Positions 29,440 to 39,417 of a DNA stretch of 64,000 nucleotides are shown piece by piece; the stretch's first letter is position 1; each line of letters begins with the position of its first letter. The stretch is from positions 1,488,001 to 1,552,000 of the forward strand of contig NZ_JABEZU010000001.1 in NCBI RefSeq assembly GCF_013149785.1, given 5' to 3'. The DNA comes from Isoptericola halotolerans. Its GTDB lineage: Bacteria; Actinomycetota; Actinomycetes; Actinomycetales; Cellulomonadaceae. The notes under the pieces were generated by a model. That model was not told the DNA's origin, made no database searches, and worked only from the letters and a program-made list of their open reading frames with translations. The translations under genes were made by a program, and so were the position numbers.

Positions 29440-30903
29440 TCACATCGCGACGTACAACGTCTCCAGGTACTCCTCCAGCCCGGCCGCCCCGCCCTCCCGG
29501 CCGAGCCCGGACTGCTTGACACCGCCGAACGGGGCGCTCGCGTCGGAGACCATCCCGCGATTGATGCCGATCATGCCGGCGTCGATCTCGTGCGCCGCGC
29601 GCATCGCCAGGTCGACGTCGCGGGTGTACGCGTACGCGGCGAGGCCGTACTGGGTGCCGTTGGCCAGCACGAAGGCCTCGTCGACGTCGTCGAAGGCGAC
29701 GACGGGCGCCACGGGGCCGAAGATCTCCTCGGTGACGCAGCGGGCGTCGGCCGGTGCGTCGGCGAGGACCGTGGGGGAGTAGAAGTAGCCCTTGCCCTCG
29801 GGACGCGAGCCGCCGGCCAGGACGCGTGCGCCGCGGTCCGTCGCGTCCGTCACGAGCTCGTCGACCTTGTCGACGGCGGCGGCGGAGATCAGCGGGCCGA
29901 CGTCGTGGCCCTCGGCGCCCGGCCCGACCGACAGCTCGGCGAACCGTGCCGCGAGCCGCTCGGCGAACCGGCTCGCGAGCGAGCGGTGCACGAGGAACCG
30001 GTTGGCCCCCACGCAGGACTGTCCGCCGTTGCGGAGCTTGGCGACCATCGCGCCGTCCACGGCGGCATCGAGGTCCGCGTCGGCGAAGACGACGAACGGG
30101 GCGTTCCCCCCGAGCTCCATCGAGCAGTTGAGCACCTGGTCGGCGGCCTGACCCAGCAGGACCTGTCCCACACCGGTCGACCCCGTGAACGACAGCTTGC
30201 GCAGCCGTCCGTCGCCGATGACGGGGCCGGTGACGGTCTTCGCCGAGGACGTCGGGACGACGTTGACGACGCCGGTCGGCAGGTCACGTGCGGCCAGCTC
30301 GGCACGGAGTATCTCGGCGACGGCCATCGTGGTCAGCGGGGTGAGCTGGGCCGGCTTGATGACGACCGGGCAGCCCGCGGCGAGCGCCGGGCCGATCTTG
30401 CGTGTCGCCATCGCGATCGGGAAGTTCCACGGGGTGATGAGCAGCGCGGGCCCGACGGGGCGGCGGTGGACGAGCTGGCGGTTCGCACCGGCCGGCGCGG
30501 TCCTCGACAGCCCGGGCGCCCGGACGGCCTCCTCGGCGAACCAGCGGAAGAACTCGGCGCCGTAGGCGACCTCCGCCCGTGACTCGGCGAGAGGCTTGCC
30601 ACCCTCCGCGGTGATGAGCGCGGCCAGCTCCTCCGTGCGGTCCACGATCGACTCGAAGCATGCCCGCAACAGCTCGGAACGCTCCCTCGGTGCGACCGCT
30701 GCCCACGCCGGCGCGGCGTCGTGCGCCGCGGTCAGGGCCGCGAGACCGTCCTCGCCGGTGCCGTCGGCGACCTGCGCCACGAGCTCGGTCGTGGCGGGGT
30801 CCACCACCTCGAAGGTGGATCCACCCGTGGCCGGGCGCCACTCGCCGGCGACCAGGATCCCGGTCGGTACGTCGTGGGCGGAGGCGGCAGTCGTGGCAGT
30901 CAT
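29440..30903 (-). CDS. gabD: NAD(P)-dependent succinate-semialdehyde dehydrogenase
   Basis: ITPWNFP, SFTGST, MELGGNAPF, GQSCV, EIFGP, PFGGVKQSGLGREG. Confidence 0.9.
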   Translation of the reverse strand: MTATTAASAHDVPTGILVAGEWRPATGGSTFEVVDPATTELVAQVADGTGEDGLAALTAAHDAAPAWAAVAPRERSELLRACFESIVDRTEELAALITAEGGKPLAESRAEVAYGAEFFRWFAEEAVRAPGLSRTAPAGANRQLVHRRPVGPALLITPWNFPIAMATRKIGPALAAGCPVVIKPAQLTPLTTMAVAEILRAELAARDLPTGVVNVVPTSSAKTVTGPVIGDGRLRKLSFTGSTGVGQVLLGQAADQVLNCSMELGGNAPFVVFADADLDAAVDGAMVAKLRNGGQSCVGANRFLVHRSLASRFAERLAARFAELSVGPGAEGHDVGPLISAAAVDKVDELVTDATDRGARVLAGGSRPEGKGYFYSPTVLADAPADARCVTEEIFGPVAPVVAFDDVDEAFVLANGTQYGLAAYAYTRDVDLAMRAAHEIDAGMIGINRGMVSDASAPFGGVKQSGLGREGGAAGLEEYLETLYVAM

Positions 30904-31045
30904 ACCGACCAGTATGTGGGGGTGTCGCGGCTACGCAACAGCCTCGCGCGACGACGGCGGCACCCTGGGACGACGTCTCACGACACGGGCGCGACAGGCG
31001 TGGACGACGGCCCGCAGCAGGGCCCCCGAACGGTACGGTTGGCCC

Positions 31046-31969
31046 ATGACGCTGCCCGGTACCCCTGCGCGCCCGTTCGGCGCCGTCCTCACCGCGATGG
31101 TCACGCCGATGACGACCGCGGGCGAGATCGACCTGGAAGCCGCCGCGACGCTCGCGCGTCGCCTGGTCGCGGAAGGGAACGACGGTCTCGTGCTGTCGGG
31201 GACGACGGGCGAGGCGCCCGCCACCCACGCCCCCGAGAAGGCGGCGCTCGTCCGGACCGTCGTCGACGCCGTCGGCGACCGCGCCGCGGTGCTCACGGGG
31301 GCCGGTTCGAACGACACGGCGCACGCCGTCCGCATGGCCGAGCAGGCCGCCGAGGCGGGCGCCGACGGCCTCCTGGTCGTCTCGCCGTACTACTCACGTC
31401 CCACCCAGGAGGGGCTCTACCGGCACTTCGCGACCGTCGCGGACGCCACCGAGCTGCCCGTCATGCTGTACGACATCCCCGGGCGTGCCGGGGTGCGGAT
31501 CGCCCCGGCGACGTACGAGCGCATCGCTGCGCACCCCCACGTCGTCGCCACGAAGGACGCCACCGGGGACCTCACCGACGTCCCGGCGCTGCGCGCCGCC
31601 ACCGGGCTCGCGTGGTACTCCGGTGACGACACCCTCCTGCTGCCGTTCCTCGCCCACGGCGCGACGGGGATCGTGTCCGTCTCCGCGCACGTCGTCGGCG
31701 GTGCCTTCGCCGAGGTGGTGCGCCGTTTCGACGCGGGGGACCACGCCGGCGCGCTCGAGGTCTTCACCACGACGCTGCCCGTCGTCGCCGCCATTAACGG
31801 GGCCGGTGCGCAGGCCGTCATGACCAAGGCCGCGCTCGAGGTGCTCGGGGTCCTGGGCAACCGTGAGCTGCGCCTGCCCAACGTCTCGGCCACGGACGCC
31901 GACGTCGATGCGGTCCGCGCCGCCCTCGTCGCCGGTGGCGTCCTGGACGCCGCCCCAGCCCTCCCGTGA
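31046..31969 (+). CDS. dapA: 4-hydroxy-tetrahydrodipicolinate synthase
   Basis: TAMVTP, GTTGE, PYY, LYDIPGR, KDA, YSGDD; precedes rnj. Confidence 0.95.
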   Translation: MTLPGTPARPFGAVLTAMVTPMTTAGEIDLEAAATLARRLVAEGNDGLVLSGTTGEAPATHAPEKAALVRTVVDAVGDRAAVLTGAGSNDTAHAVRMAEQAAEAGADGLLVVSPYYSRPTQEGLYRHFATVADATELPVMLYDIPGRAGVRIAPATYERIAAHPHVVATKDATGDLTDVPALRAATGLAWYSGDDTLLLPFLAHGATGIVSVSAHVVGGAFAEVVRRFDAGDHAGALEVFTTTLPVVAAINGAGAQAVMTKAALEVLGVLGNRELRLPNVSATDADVDAVRAALVAGGVLDAAPALP

Positions 31970-31991
31970 CACCCGTAGGCCAGGAGCACAC

Positions 31992-33677
31992 GTGAGCCAC
32001 CCCCACCCCGAGCTGCCCCTCCCTCCCGAGCTGCCGGCGGGAGGGCTGCGTGTCGTGGCGCTCGGCGGCCTCGGTGAGGTCGGTCGCAACATGGCCGTCC
32101 TGGAGTACGACGGCAGGCTCCTCGTCATCGACTGCGGGGTGCTGTTCCCGGAGGACCACCAGCCCGGTGTGGACCTCATCCTGCCGGACTTCGAGTACAT
32201 CGCCGACCGGATGGACGACATCGAGGCGATCGTGCTCACGCACGGCCACGAGGACCACATCGGAGCGGTGCCGTATCTGCTGCGCCGACGCCAGGACATC
32301 CCGATCTACGGCTCACGGCTGACGCTCGCCTTCCTCGAGGCGAAGCTCAAGGAGCACCGGATCAGGCCGGTGACCCGGGTGGTCGCCGAGGACGACACGG
32401 TGCGGCTCGGGGTCTTCGACCTGGAGTTCGTGGTGGTGAACCACTCCATCCCGGACGCGCTCGCGGTCGCCGTCACCACGGGTGCGGGCACGGTGCTGCA
32501 CACCGGCGACTTCAAGATGGACCAGCTCCCGCTCGACGGCCGCGTGACCGACCTGCGCGCCTTCGCCCGCCTCGGCGAGCGGGGGGTGGACCTGTTCATG
32601 GTCGACTCGACGAACGCCGAGGTGCCCGGCTTCGTGACGAACGAGATCGAGATCGGACCGGTGCTCGACAGCGTGTTCGCCCAGGCGGAGAAGCGGGTCG
32701 TCGTGGCCTCGTTCTCGTCGCACGTGCACCGCGTCCAGCAGGTCCTGCACGCCGCGCACGCGCACGGCCGGAAGGTCGCGCTGGCCGGGAGGTCGATGAT
32801 CCGCAACATGGGCATCGCCGCGGAGCTGGGCTACCTCGACGTCCCCGAGGGTGTGCTGGTCGACCTGAAGCGCACCGGCGACGTGCCGGACGACCGGCTG
32901 GTGTACATGTGCACGGGATCCCAGGGCGAACCGATGGCGGCGCTGAGCCGGATGGCGAACGGCGACCACCGGGTCACGATCGGGCACGGCGACACCGTGA
33001 TCCTCGCGAGCTCGCTCATCCCGGGCAACGAGAACTCCGTCTTCCGTGTCATCAACGGCCTGACACGCCTCGGCGCCCGGGTGGTGCACTCGGGCAACGC
33101 GAAGGTCCACGTGTCCGGCCACGCCAGTGCCGGCGAGCTGCTCTACTGCTACAACATCCTGCGGCCGAAGAACGTGATGCCGGTGCACGGCGAGGTGCGC
33201 CACCTGGTCGCGAACGCCGCCCTGGCGGTGCGGACCGGGGTCCCGGCGGACCGTGTGGTGCTCGCCGAGGACGGCGTGGTCGTGGACCTGGTGGACGGCA
33301 AGGCGTCGGTCGTGGGCGCGGTGCCGTGCGGTTACGTGTACGTGGACGGCTCCTCGGTCGGGGAGGTCACGGAGAACGAGCTGAAGGATCGCCGCACCCT
33401 GGGCGAGGAGGGCTTCGTCTCCGTGTTCGCGGTCGTGGACACCGCGACCGGGAAGGTGCTGGCCGGCCCGCAGATCCTGGCCCGCGGGATGGCCGAGGAC
33501 GACGCCGTCTTCGCGGAGATCCACCCGGACGTGGTCGCGGCCCTCGAGGGCGCGGTCGCGGGCGGTGCGACGGACACGCACCAGCTCCAGCAGGTGATGC
33601 GTCGCGTCATCGGGCAGTGGCTCAACCGCAGGCTCCGTCGCCGTCCGATGATCGTCCCCGTCGTCGTCGAGGCCTGA
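31992..33677 (+). CDS. rnj: Ribonuclease J
   Basis: LGGLGEVGRNM, THGHEDHIG, TGDFK, TGSQGEP, HVSGHA, PVHGE. Confidence 0.97.
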   Translation: MSHPHPELPLPPELPAGGLRVVALGGLGEVGRNMAVLEYDGRLLVIDCGVLFPEDHQPGVDLILPDFEYIADRMDDIEAIVLTHGHEDHIGAVPYLLRRRQDIPIYGSRLTLAFLEAKLKEHRIRPVTRVVAEDDTVRLGVFDLEFVVVNHSIPDALAVAVTTGAGTVLHTGDFKMDQLPLDGRVTDLRAFARLGERGVDLFMVDSTNAEVPGFVTNEIEIGPVLDSVFAQAEKRVVVASFSSHVHRVQQVLHAAHAHGRKVALAGRSMIRNMGIAAELGYLDVPEGVLVDLKRTGDVPDDRLVYMCTGSQGEPMAALSRMANGDHRVTIGHGDTVILASSLIPGNENSVFRVINGLTRLGARVVHSGNAKVHVSGHASAGELLYCYNILRPKNVMPVHGEVRHLVANAALAVRTGVPADRVVLAEDGVVVDLVDGKASVVGAVPCGYVYVDGSSVGEVTENELKDRRTLGEEGFVSVFAVVDTATGKVLAGPQILARGMAEDDAVFAEIHPDVVAALEGAVAGGATDTHQLQQVMRRVIGQWLNRRLRRRPMIVPVVVEA

Positions 33678-33769
33678 CCCGGAGCGAGCCTGCGAGCGCA
33701 GGGGCGGGCCGACCGGGGGTGCTGGGCCTGACCCGGAGCGAGCCTGCGAGCGCAGGGGCGGGCCGACCG
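33671..33769. repeat. Two identical 45-bp direct repeats, 54-bp period (REP/MIRU-like)
   Basis: GGCCTGACCCGGAGCGAGCCTGCGAGCGCAGGGGCGGGCCGACCG at 33671-33715 and 33725-33769. Confidence 0.85.
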
Positions 33770-33826
33770 ACGGCCTGCTGCGAGGGCGCTACCCTGGGGC
33801 GACTTGTCCGTTTGATGGAGGATGTC

Positions 33827-34570
33827 ATGACCGTTCCTGACCCGTTCGCACCACCGTCCGGCGCTCTCGGGGGGCGCCCCGGCCCTGTCGGCGCGACGTG
33901 GGATCCGGCGGCGGACGTGCACGCGGTGCGACGACCGGGGGCGGAACCGTGGGCCGTCGATCAGGCGGCACCGCAGCCTCCGGTGACGTTGGCGGCGTGG
34001 ACGGTCGGACTGGCGTCGGTGTGGGCGGCGCTCCAGGTGGTGCTCTTCGCGCTGGCCCCTGCGGCCGCCGACGAGTACGCCCGGGCGATCGCCGTGGGCA
34101 CGAGCCCGCTGTACGTCGACACGTGGTACGACACGGTCGGGGCGTTCCTCCTGCCGGTCCAGGTGGCGGTGTTCGTGGTCGGTTGCCTGTGGCTGCAGCG
34201 CAGCCGCGAGATCGCGGTCCGGCGGTCGCCGCACGTGCGACAGGTGCGAGGCGCCGTATGGGTGTGGCTGGGTTGGGTCGTGCCGATCGTCCTGCTCTGG
34301 TTCCCGTTTCAGGTCGTGCGTGACGTGCGGGCGGGGACGGTCGGGTCGACCCGCGGTGCCGGTCTGGGGCTCTGGTGGACCTGCTGGCTGGTGTACCTGG
34401 TGGCGGCGAACCAGACGGGTCTCGTCTCGCTGAGCGTCGGTTCGCGAGGGCCGGAGTCGCTGCCGTGGTGGGAAGGGGTCGCCACCCTGGCGTGCGTGGT
34501 CGGGCTCGTGGTGTGGGCCCGCACCGTGCGCGCGATCACCGCGTCCCAGGTCTCCGGCCAGATCCGCTGA
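33827..34570 (+). CDS. DUF4328-like membrane protein
   Basis: WLQR...WLGWVVPIVLLWFPFQVVRDV...WWTCW; SD GGAGG before ATG 33827. Confidence 0.75.
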   Translation: MTVPDPFAPPSGALGGRPGPVGATWDPAADVHAVRRPGAEPWAVDQAAPQPPVTLAAWTVGLASVWAALQVVLFALAPAAADEYARAIAVGTSPLYVDTWYDTVGAFLLPVQVAVFVVGCLWLQRSREIAVRRSPHVRQVRGAVWVWLGWVVPIVLLWFPFQVVRDVRAGTVGSTRGAGLGLWWTCWLVYLVAANQTGLVSLSVGSRGPESLPWWEGVATLACVVGLVVWARTVRAITASQVSGQIR

Positions 34571-34663
34571 CAGGTCCGTGACGGGGCTCACCACCGGAGC
34601 GGCGGGACACGCGTTCGCGACCTGCGGCGTCGTCCGGGCCCGCCCGGGTACGGTGGAGGCATC

Positions 34664-37435
34664 ATGGCGACCCGGACGACCGCCCGGAGCAGCTCCGGGA
34701 GACCGCGAGGTGCGGCACGCACGGGACGGAGCCCTGCGGTGTCCGCCCCGGGCCGCCGCGCGTCCACGGGGCGTGGTGGCGGGGCCGGGCAGGGCACGAA
34801 CCGGTCGCCGGCGTCGAAAGGGTCGGGCAGACGTCCGGCCAAGGGTCGGCGTCCGGCGAGGACCGGGCCGCCGTGGCCCGTGCGCATGGTGCGCGGCGCC
34901 TACCTGGGTGTCGCGCACGGCCTGGGGGCCGTCACCCGCACGATCACCAAGGGAGCGAGAGACCTGGAACCCGAGCACCGCCGTGACGGCGTCGCCTTCT
35001 TCCTCATCGCGCTCGCGCTCGTCGTGGCGGCGCGGGAGTGGTGGGGGATCCCGGGCACGTTCGGCGACGTCGTCCACGCCGTCGTGGCAGGGACCGTCGG
35101 CCTCGCCGGCGTCGCGGTGCCGGTCCTGCTGCTCTGGCTCGGGGTGCGGATCATGCGCCACCCCGAGCGTGGTCGCGCGAACTCCCGCGTCGCGATCGGC
35201 CTGAGCCTCATCGTCGTCTCCGTCTGCTCCCTCGTGGCTGTCGCCGAGGGCACGCCCTCGCCGCGTGACGGGTTCGCCGGCGTGCAGGACGCCGGGGGGA
35301 TCATCGGGTATCTCGCCGGGACACCCGTGGTCACCGGGGTGACGGAGTGGGTCGCCGTCCCGTTGTTCCTCCTGCTGGGCTTCTTCGGGCTGCTCGTGGT
35401 CACGGCGACGCCGGTGCATCGCATCCCGGAACGGGTGCAAGGGCTCTACGACCGTCTGACGGGCAACCACCACGAGGTCGACGAGAGCGACGACGGTCTG
35501 CGGCTCGCGGACGGCGTCTCGGCGCACGACGGGTCGGACGCGCCGGCCCCCCGCAAGCGGCGCAAGCGGCGCACCAAGGCGGAGCGGGCGGCGGACGCCG
35601 CTGCGGCGGAGCTCGACCAGTACGCGGGGGACGAGGCCTTCGAGAAGGCCGCCACCCTCGACCCGGTCGACGACGACGGTCAACCGGTGGACCGCGCCGC
35701 CGCCACGCAGCGGGTGCCGTCGGGGACGAAGGCGGCCCCGGCCGTCCCCGCCGCCCCGGTCGAGCGGGCCGCTCCCGAACCGTCTCCCGCCCCGCCGGGC
35801 CGGGCGGAGCAGCCGATGCTCTCCGGCGACACCGTCTACCTCCTGCCCAGCGAGGAGGCGCTCGTCGAGGGCGCCCCGCACAAGACCCGTTCCGCGGTGA
35901 ACGACCGCGTCGTCGAGGCGCTCACGAAGGTCTTCGCGGACTTCGGGGTGGACGCCGAGGTCACGAACTTCACCCGAGGCCCCACGGTGACCCGTTACGA
36001 GGTCGAGGTGGGTGCCAAGACCAAGGTCGAACGCATCACCTCGCTGTCGAACAACATCGCGTACGCGGTGGCCAGCGCCGACGTGCGGATCCTGTCGCCC
36101 ATCCCGGGGAAGTCGGCGATCGGCATCGAGATCCCGAACTCGGACCGCGAGACCGTCGTCCTCGGGGACGTGCTGCGGTCCTCGGCCGCGCGCCGGACCG
36201 AGCACCCGATGGTGATGGGCGTCGGCAAGGACGTCGAGGGCGGCTTCGTCGTGGCCAACCTGGCGAAGATGCCGCACATCCTGGTGGCCGGTGCGACGGG
36301 CGCCGGGAAGTCGAGCTTCATCAACTCGATGATCACCTCGATCCTCATGCGCGCGACGCCGGAGCAGGTGCGCCTGGTCCTCGTGGACCCGAAGCGGGTC
36401 GAGCTGACCATCTACGAGGGCATCCCGCACCTGATCACGCCGATCATCACGAACCCGAAGAAGGCGGCCGAGGCGCTGGAGTGGGTGGTCCGGGAGATGG
36501 ACGCCCGGTACGACGACCTCGCGGCCTTCGGGTTCAAGCACATCGACGACTTCAACGCGGGGGTGCGGTCGGGCAAGGTCAAGCCGTTGCCCGGCTCGGA
36601 GCGCAAGATCGCCCCGTACCCGTACCTGCTCGTCGTCGTGGACGAGCTGGCCGACCTGATGATGGTCGCACCGCGTGACGTCGAGGCCTCGATCCAGCGC
36701 ATCACCCAGCTGGCCCGTGCAGCGGGCATCCACCTGGTGCTGGCCACGCAGCGGCCGTCGGTGGACGTCGTCACCGGTCTGATCAAGGCGAACGTGCCCT
36801 CGCGGCTGGCCTTCGCGACGTCGTCGCTGGCGGACTCGCGGGTGGTCCTCGACCAGCCGGGCGCCGAGAAGCTCATCGGGCAGGGTGATGCGTTGTTCCT
36901 GCCGATGGGCGCGGCCAAGCCGATGCGCGTGCAGGGGGCGTGGGTGACCGAGTCCGAGGTGCACTCGGTCGTCGAGCACGTGAAGTCCCAGCTCAAGCCC
37001 GTGTACCGGCCGGACGTCACGGCCCCCGCGGCGGCGAAGAAGCAGATCGACGAGGACATCGGTGACGACCTCGACCTGCTGCTGCAGGCTGCCGAGCTCG
37101 TGGTCTCCACCCAGTTCGGCTCGACCTCCATGCTGCAGCGCAAGCTCCGGGTCGGCTTCGCCAAGGCCGGCCGGCTGATGGACCTGCTCGAGTCCCGCGA
37201 GATCGTCGGCCCCTCCGAGGGGTCCAAGGCGCGCGAGGTGCTGGTGCAGCCGGACGACCTCCCGGCGGCGCTCGCGCTCATCCGGGGCGAGACCACGCCG
37301 ACGGAGGCCTACGACCAGGAGTCGGCGCAGGCGAGCGCGGACCCGTACGCGGACGGGACGGACGGGCATCGTCCTCCTCCCGCCGCCGAGTACCACGACG
37401 GTGCCGACACCGACGCCGAGAACCCGGTGCGCTGA
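34664..37435 (+). CDS. ftsK: DNA translocase FtsK
   Basis: N-terminal TM domain, GPTVTRYE, AGATGAGKS, VVDELADLM, ATQRPSVDV, gamma domain STSMLQRKLRVGF. Confidence 0.97.
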   Translation: MATRTTARSSSGRPRGAARTGRSPAVSAPGRRASTGRGGGAGQGTNRSPASKGSGRRPAKGRRPARTGPPWPVRMVRGAYLGVAHGLGAVTRTITKGARDLEPEHRRDGVAFFLIALALVVAAREWWGIPGTFGDVVHAVVAGTVGLAGVAVPVLLLWLGVRIMRHPERGRANSRVAIGLSLIVVSVCSLVAVAEGTPSPRDGFAGVQDAGGIIGYLAGTPVVTGVTEWVAVPLFLLLGFFGLLVVTATPVHRIPERVQGLYDRLTGNHHEVDESDDGLRLADGVSAHDGSDAPAPRKRRKRRTKAERAADAAAAELDQYAGDEAFEKAATLDPVDDDGQPVDRAAATQRVPSGTKAAPAVPAAPVERAAPEPSPAPPGRAEQPMLSGDTVYLLPSEEALVEGAPHKTRSAVNDRVVEALTKVFADFGVDAEVTNFTRGPTVTRYEVEVGAKTKVERITSLSNNIAYAVASADVRILSPIPGKSAIGIEIPNSDRETVVLGDVLRSSAARRTEHPMVMGVGKDVEGGFVVANLAKMPHILVAGATGAGKSSFINSMITSILMRATPEQVRLVLVDPKRVELTIYEGIPHLITPIITNPKKAAEALEWVVREMDARYDDLAAFGFKHIDDFNAGVRSGKVKPLPGSERKIAPYPYLLVVVDELADLMMVAPRDVEASIQRITQLARAAGIHLVLATQRPSVDVVTGLIKANVPSRLAFATSSLADSRVVLDQPGAEKLIGQGDALFLPMGAAKPMRVQGAWVTESEVHSVVEHVKSQLKPVYRPDVTAPAAAKKQIDEDIGDDLDLLLQAAELVVSTQFGSTSMLQRKLRVGFAKAGRLMDLLESREIVGPSEGSKAREVLVQPDDLPAALALIRGETTPTEAYDQESAQASADPYADGTDGHRPPPAAEYHDGADTDAENPVR

Positions 37436-37439
37436 GTCC

Positions 37440-38744
37440 TCACCCGTTCGTCGGGTCCGTCCGGGGCAGGACGACCGGCTCGTCCCCGGTGGACGCGGGC
37501 GGTCGCCTGCGTTCGGCCGCGGCGTCCTGGACTGCTGCGGCGACCTGGTCCTGGCGCAGGGCGAGCTGTTCACCGGAGAGCGTCGTCGAGCCGGGGTCGT
37601 CCAGGACGTCCGGCAGCGCGTGGACCCGGTGACCGGCCGCGATGTCGACCGTCGTGGCCGTCCAACCGACGTCGGTGACGAGCGTGGGACCGGAGCGGCG
37701 CTCCTGGGTGAAGGTCGCCGACAGCAGCACGCCGTTGCTGGTGCGCGAGTCGCAACAGGCCGCGCTCTGGTTCGACAGCAGGTTCCCGAGCCCGTACGCG
37801 ACCCACATGCCGTCACCGGCAGGTCCGCCGTCGACCCGGTCGATGCGCTGCGGCACGTGCGCATGGTGCCCGATGACCAGGTCCACGGCTCCGGAGGCCC
37901 CCAGCTCGGCGACCACCTCGACCTGCTGGTCGGTGAGCTGCTCGGTGTACTCCACGCCGGCGTGGAGGCTGACGAGCACGGCGTCGGCACCGTCCTCGCG
38001 CGCCCGCCGGGCGTCGGCCACCAGGCGGTCGGCGTCGATGAGGTCGACCGCCCAGGGCGCCTCGGCCGGCATGGGCAACCCGTTGAGGCCGTAGGTCGCC
38101 GAGAGGTGCGCGACGCTGATCGTGCGGCCGGACCGGTCGAGCTCGTAGCGTTGGGGAGCCGACTGCTCCTCGGCCGAGCGGGCGGTCCCCACGTGACCCA
38201 GCCCGGCGTCGTCGAACGTGTCCAGGGTGGTGACGACACCGGCGTAGGCGCGGTCCACCGAGTGGTTGGACGCCGTCGAGCAGCCGTCCCAGCCCTGCAC
38301 CGCCAGGGCGTCGACCATGCCCGCGGGGGCGCCGAACATCGGGTAGCCGCTGGGTGAGGTCCCCTCCGGCGCGACGGGGACCTCCATGTGGCACAGCGCC
38401 AGGTCGGCGCCGTCGACCCACGGGTCGAGACCGGACAGCAGCTCCCCGAAGTCGCTGCCGCCGCCGGCGGAGCGGACCACCGGCCCGTGCGGCAGGAGGT
38501 CGCCCGCCGCGAGGACGGTGAAGGTGGCCGGTGGGAGGGGTTCGGGCGGGGCGGCCTTCGGCGTACCCACGTCGGGTGACGCGGTGACGGTGGGTGGTGG
38601 TTCGGTCGTCGGGCCGGTGAGCGCCTGGCAGGCCCCTGCGGTCGCCAGCACGGCGACCACGAGCGCGAGCAGGGCGCCCAGCGGTCGCGGCCTGCGGGGC
38701 AGGCGGCGCGCGTGCGCGGGTCGGTCCGGCGTCCGGTGCTGCAC
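37440..38744 (-). CDS. CapA family (metallophosphatase-like) lipoprotein
   Basis: AAGDLLPH, CHMEVP, ASNHSVD, SLHAGVEY, IGHHAHV, YGLGN; lipobox-like TAGAC. Confidence 0.88.
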   Translation of the reverse strand: MQHRTPDRPAHARRLPRRPRPLGALLALVVAVLATAGACQALTGPTTEPPPTVTASPDVGTPKAAPPEPLPPATFTVLAAGDLLPHGPVVRSAGGGSDFGELLSGLDPWVDGADLALCHMEVPVAPEGTSPSGYPMFGAPAGMVDALAVQGWDGCSTASNHSVDRAYAGVVTTLDTFDDAGLGHVGTARSAEEQSAPQRYELDRSGRTISVAHLSATYGLNGLPMPAEAPWAVDLIDADRLVADARRAREDGADAVLVSLHAGVEYTEQLTDQQVEVVAELGASGAVDLVIGHHAHVPQRIDRVDGGPAGDGMWVAYGLGNLLSNQSAACCDSRTSNGVLLSATFTQERRSGPTLVTDVGWTATTVDIAAGHRVHALPDVLDDPGSTTLSGEQLALRQDQVAAAVQDAAAERRRPPASTGDEPVVLPRTDPTNG

Positions 38745-38823
38745 CTCGCGAGACTATCGGGGACGGCCCCCGGACGGGAGGGCTGAGCGCAGAACCGTGC
38801 GACGCCCCCAGTAGGCTGGGCGG

Positions 38824-39417
38824 ATGACCGACCCCGCTCCTTCACCGTGGAACATCGCGAACGCCGTGACCATGGTGCGCATCGCCCTCGTGCCGGTCTT
38901 CGCGTGGGCGTTGCTCGTGGACGACGGCCAGTCCGTGACGTGGCGCCTGGTGGCCACGGGGATCTTCGCCGCGGCGGCCCTGAGCGACCAGATCGACGGC
39001 CACCTGGCCCGGTCGCGGGGGCTGGTCACCGATCTCGGCAAGATCCTCGACCCGGTCGCCGACAAGGCGCTGGTCGGCGCGGCACTCGTCCTGCTCTGGT
39101 GGCCGTTGGCCGAGCTGCCCTGGTGGGTGCCTGCCGTGATCCTCGTCCGTGAGCTCGGGATCACCGTGATGCGCATGGCGATGCTGCGGTACGCGGTGAT
39201 GCCGGCGTCACGGGGCGGCAAGATCAAGACCGTCCTGCAGATCGCGGCGATCCTGCTCTTCCTGCTCCCGCTGGCGCACCTGCCCGAGGCTGTCCTGGTG
39301 GTGGCGTGGGTGGCGATGGGTGCGGCGATCGTGGTCACGGTGGTCACCGGGGTCGACTACGTGGTCCAGGGCTGGCGGATCCGGCGCGACGCACGCCGTA
39401 CCGGGGAGCGCCGATGA
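38824..39417 (+). CDS. pgsA: CDP-diacylglycerol--glycerol-3-phosphate 3-phosphatidyltransferase
   Basis: NIANAVTMVR, DQIDGHLAR...GKILDPVADK. Confidence 0.95.
   Translation: MTDPAPSPWNIANAVTMVRIALVPVFAWALLVDDGQSVTWRLVATGIFAAAALSDQIDGHLARSRGLVTDLGKILDPVADKALVGAALVLLWWPLAELPWWVPAVILVRELGITVMRMAMLRYAVMPASRGGKIKTVLQIAAILLFLLPLAHLPEAVLVVAWVAMGAAIVVTVVTGVDYVVQGWRIRRDARRTGERR

Noticed and set aside
33671..33769. Direct repeats as a mini CRISPR array
   Set aside because: Only two units, a 9-nt spacer, no cas genes and no AT-rich leader.
33332..38845. 1837-aa minus-strand ORF, the longest in the track
   Set aside because: Composite of the ftsK antisense shadow and a capA alternate frame; Arg/Pro/Gly-rich with no motifs.
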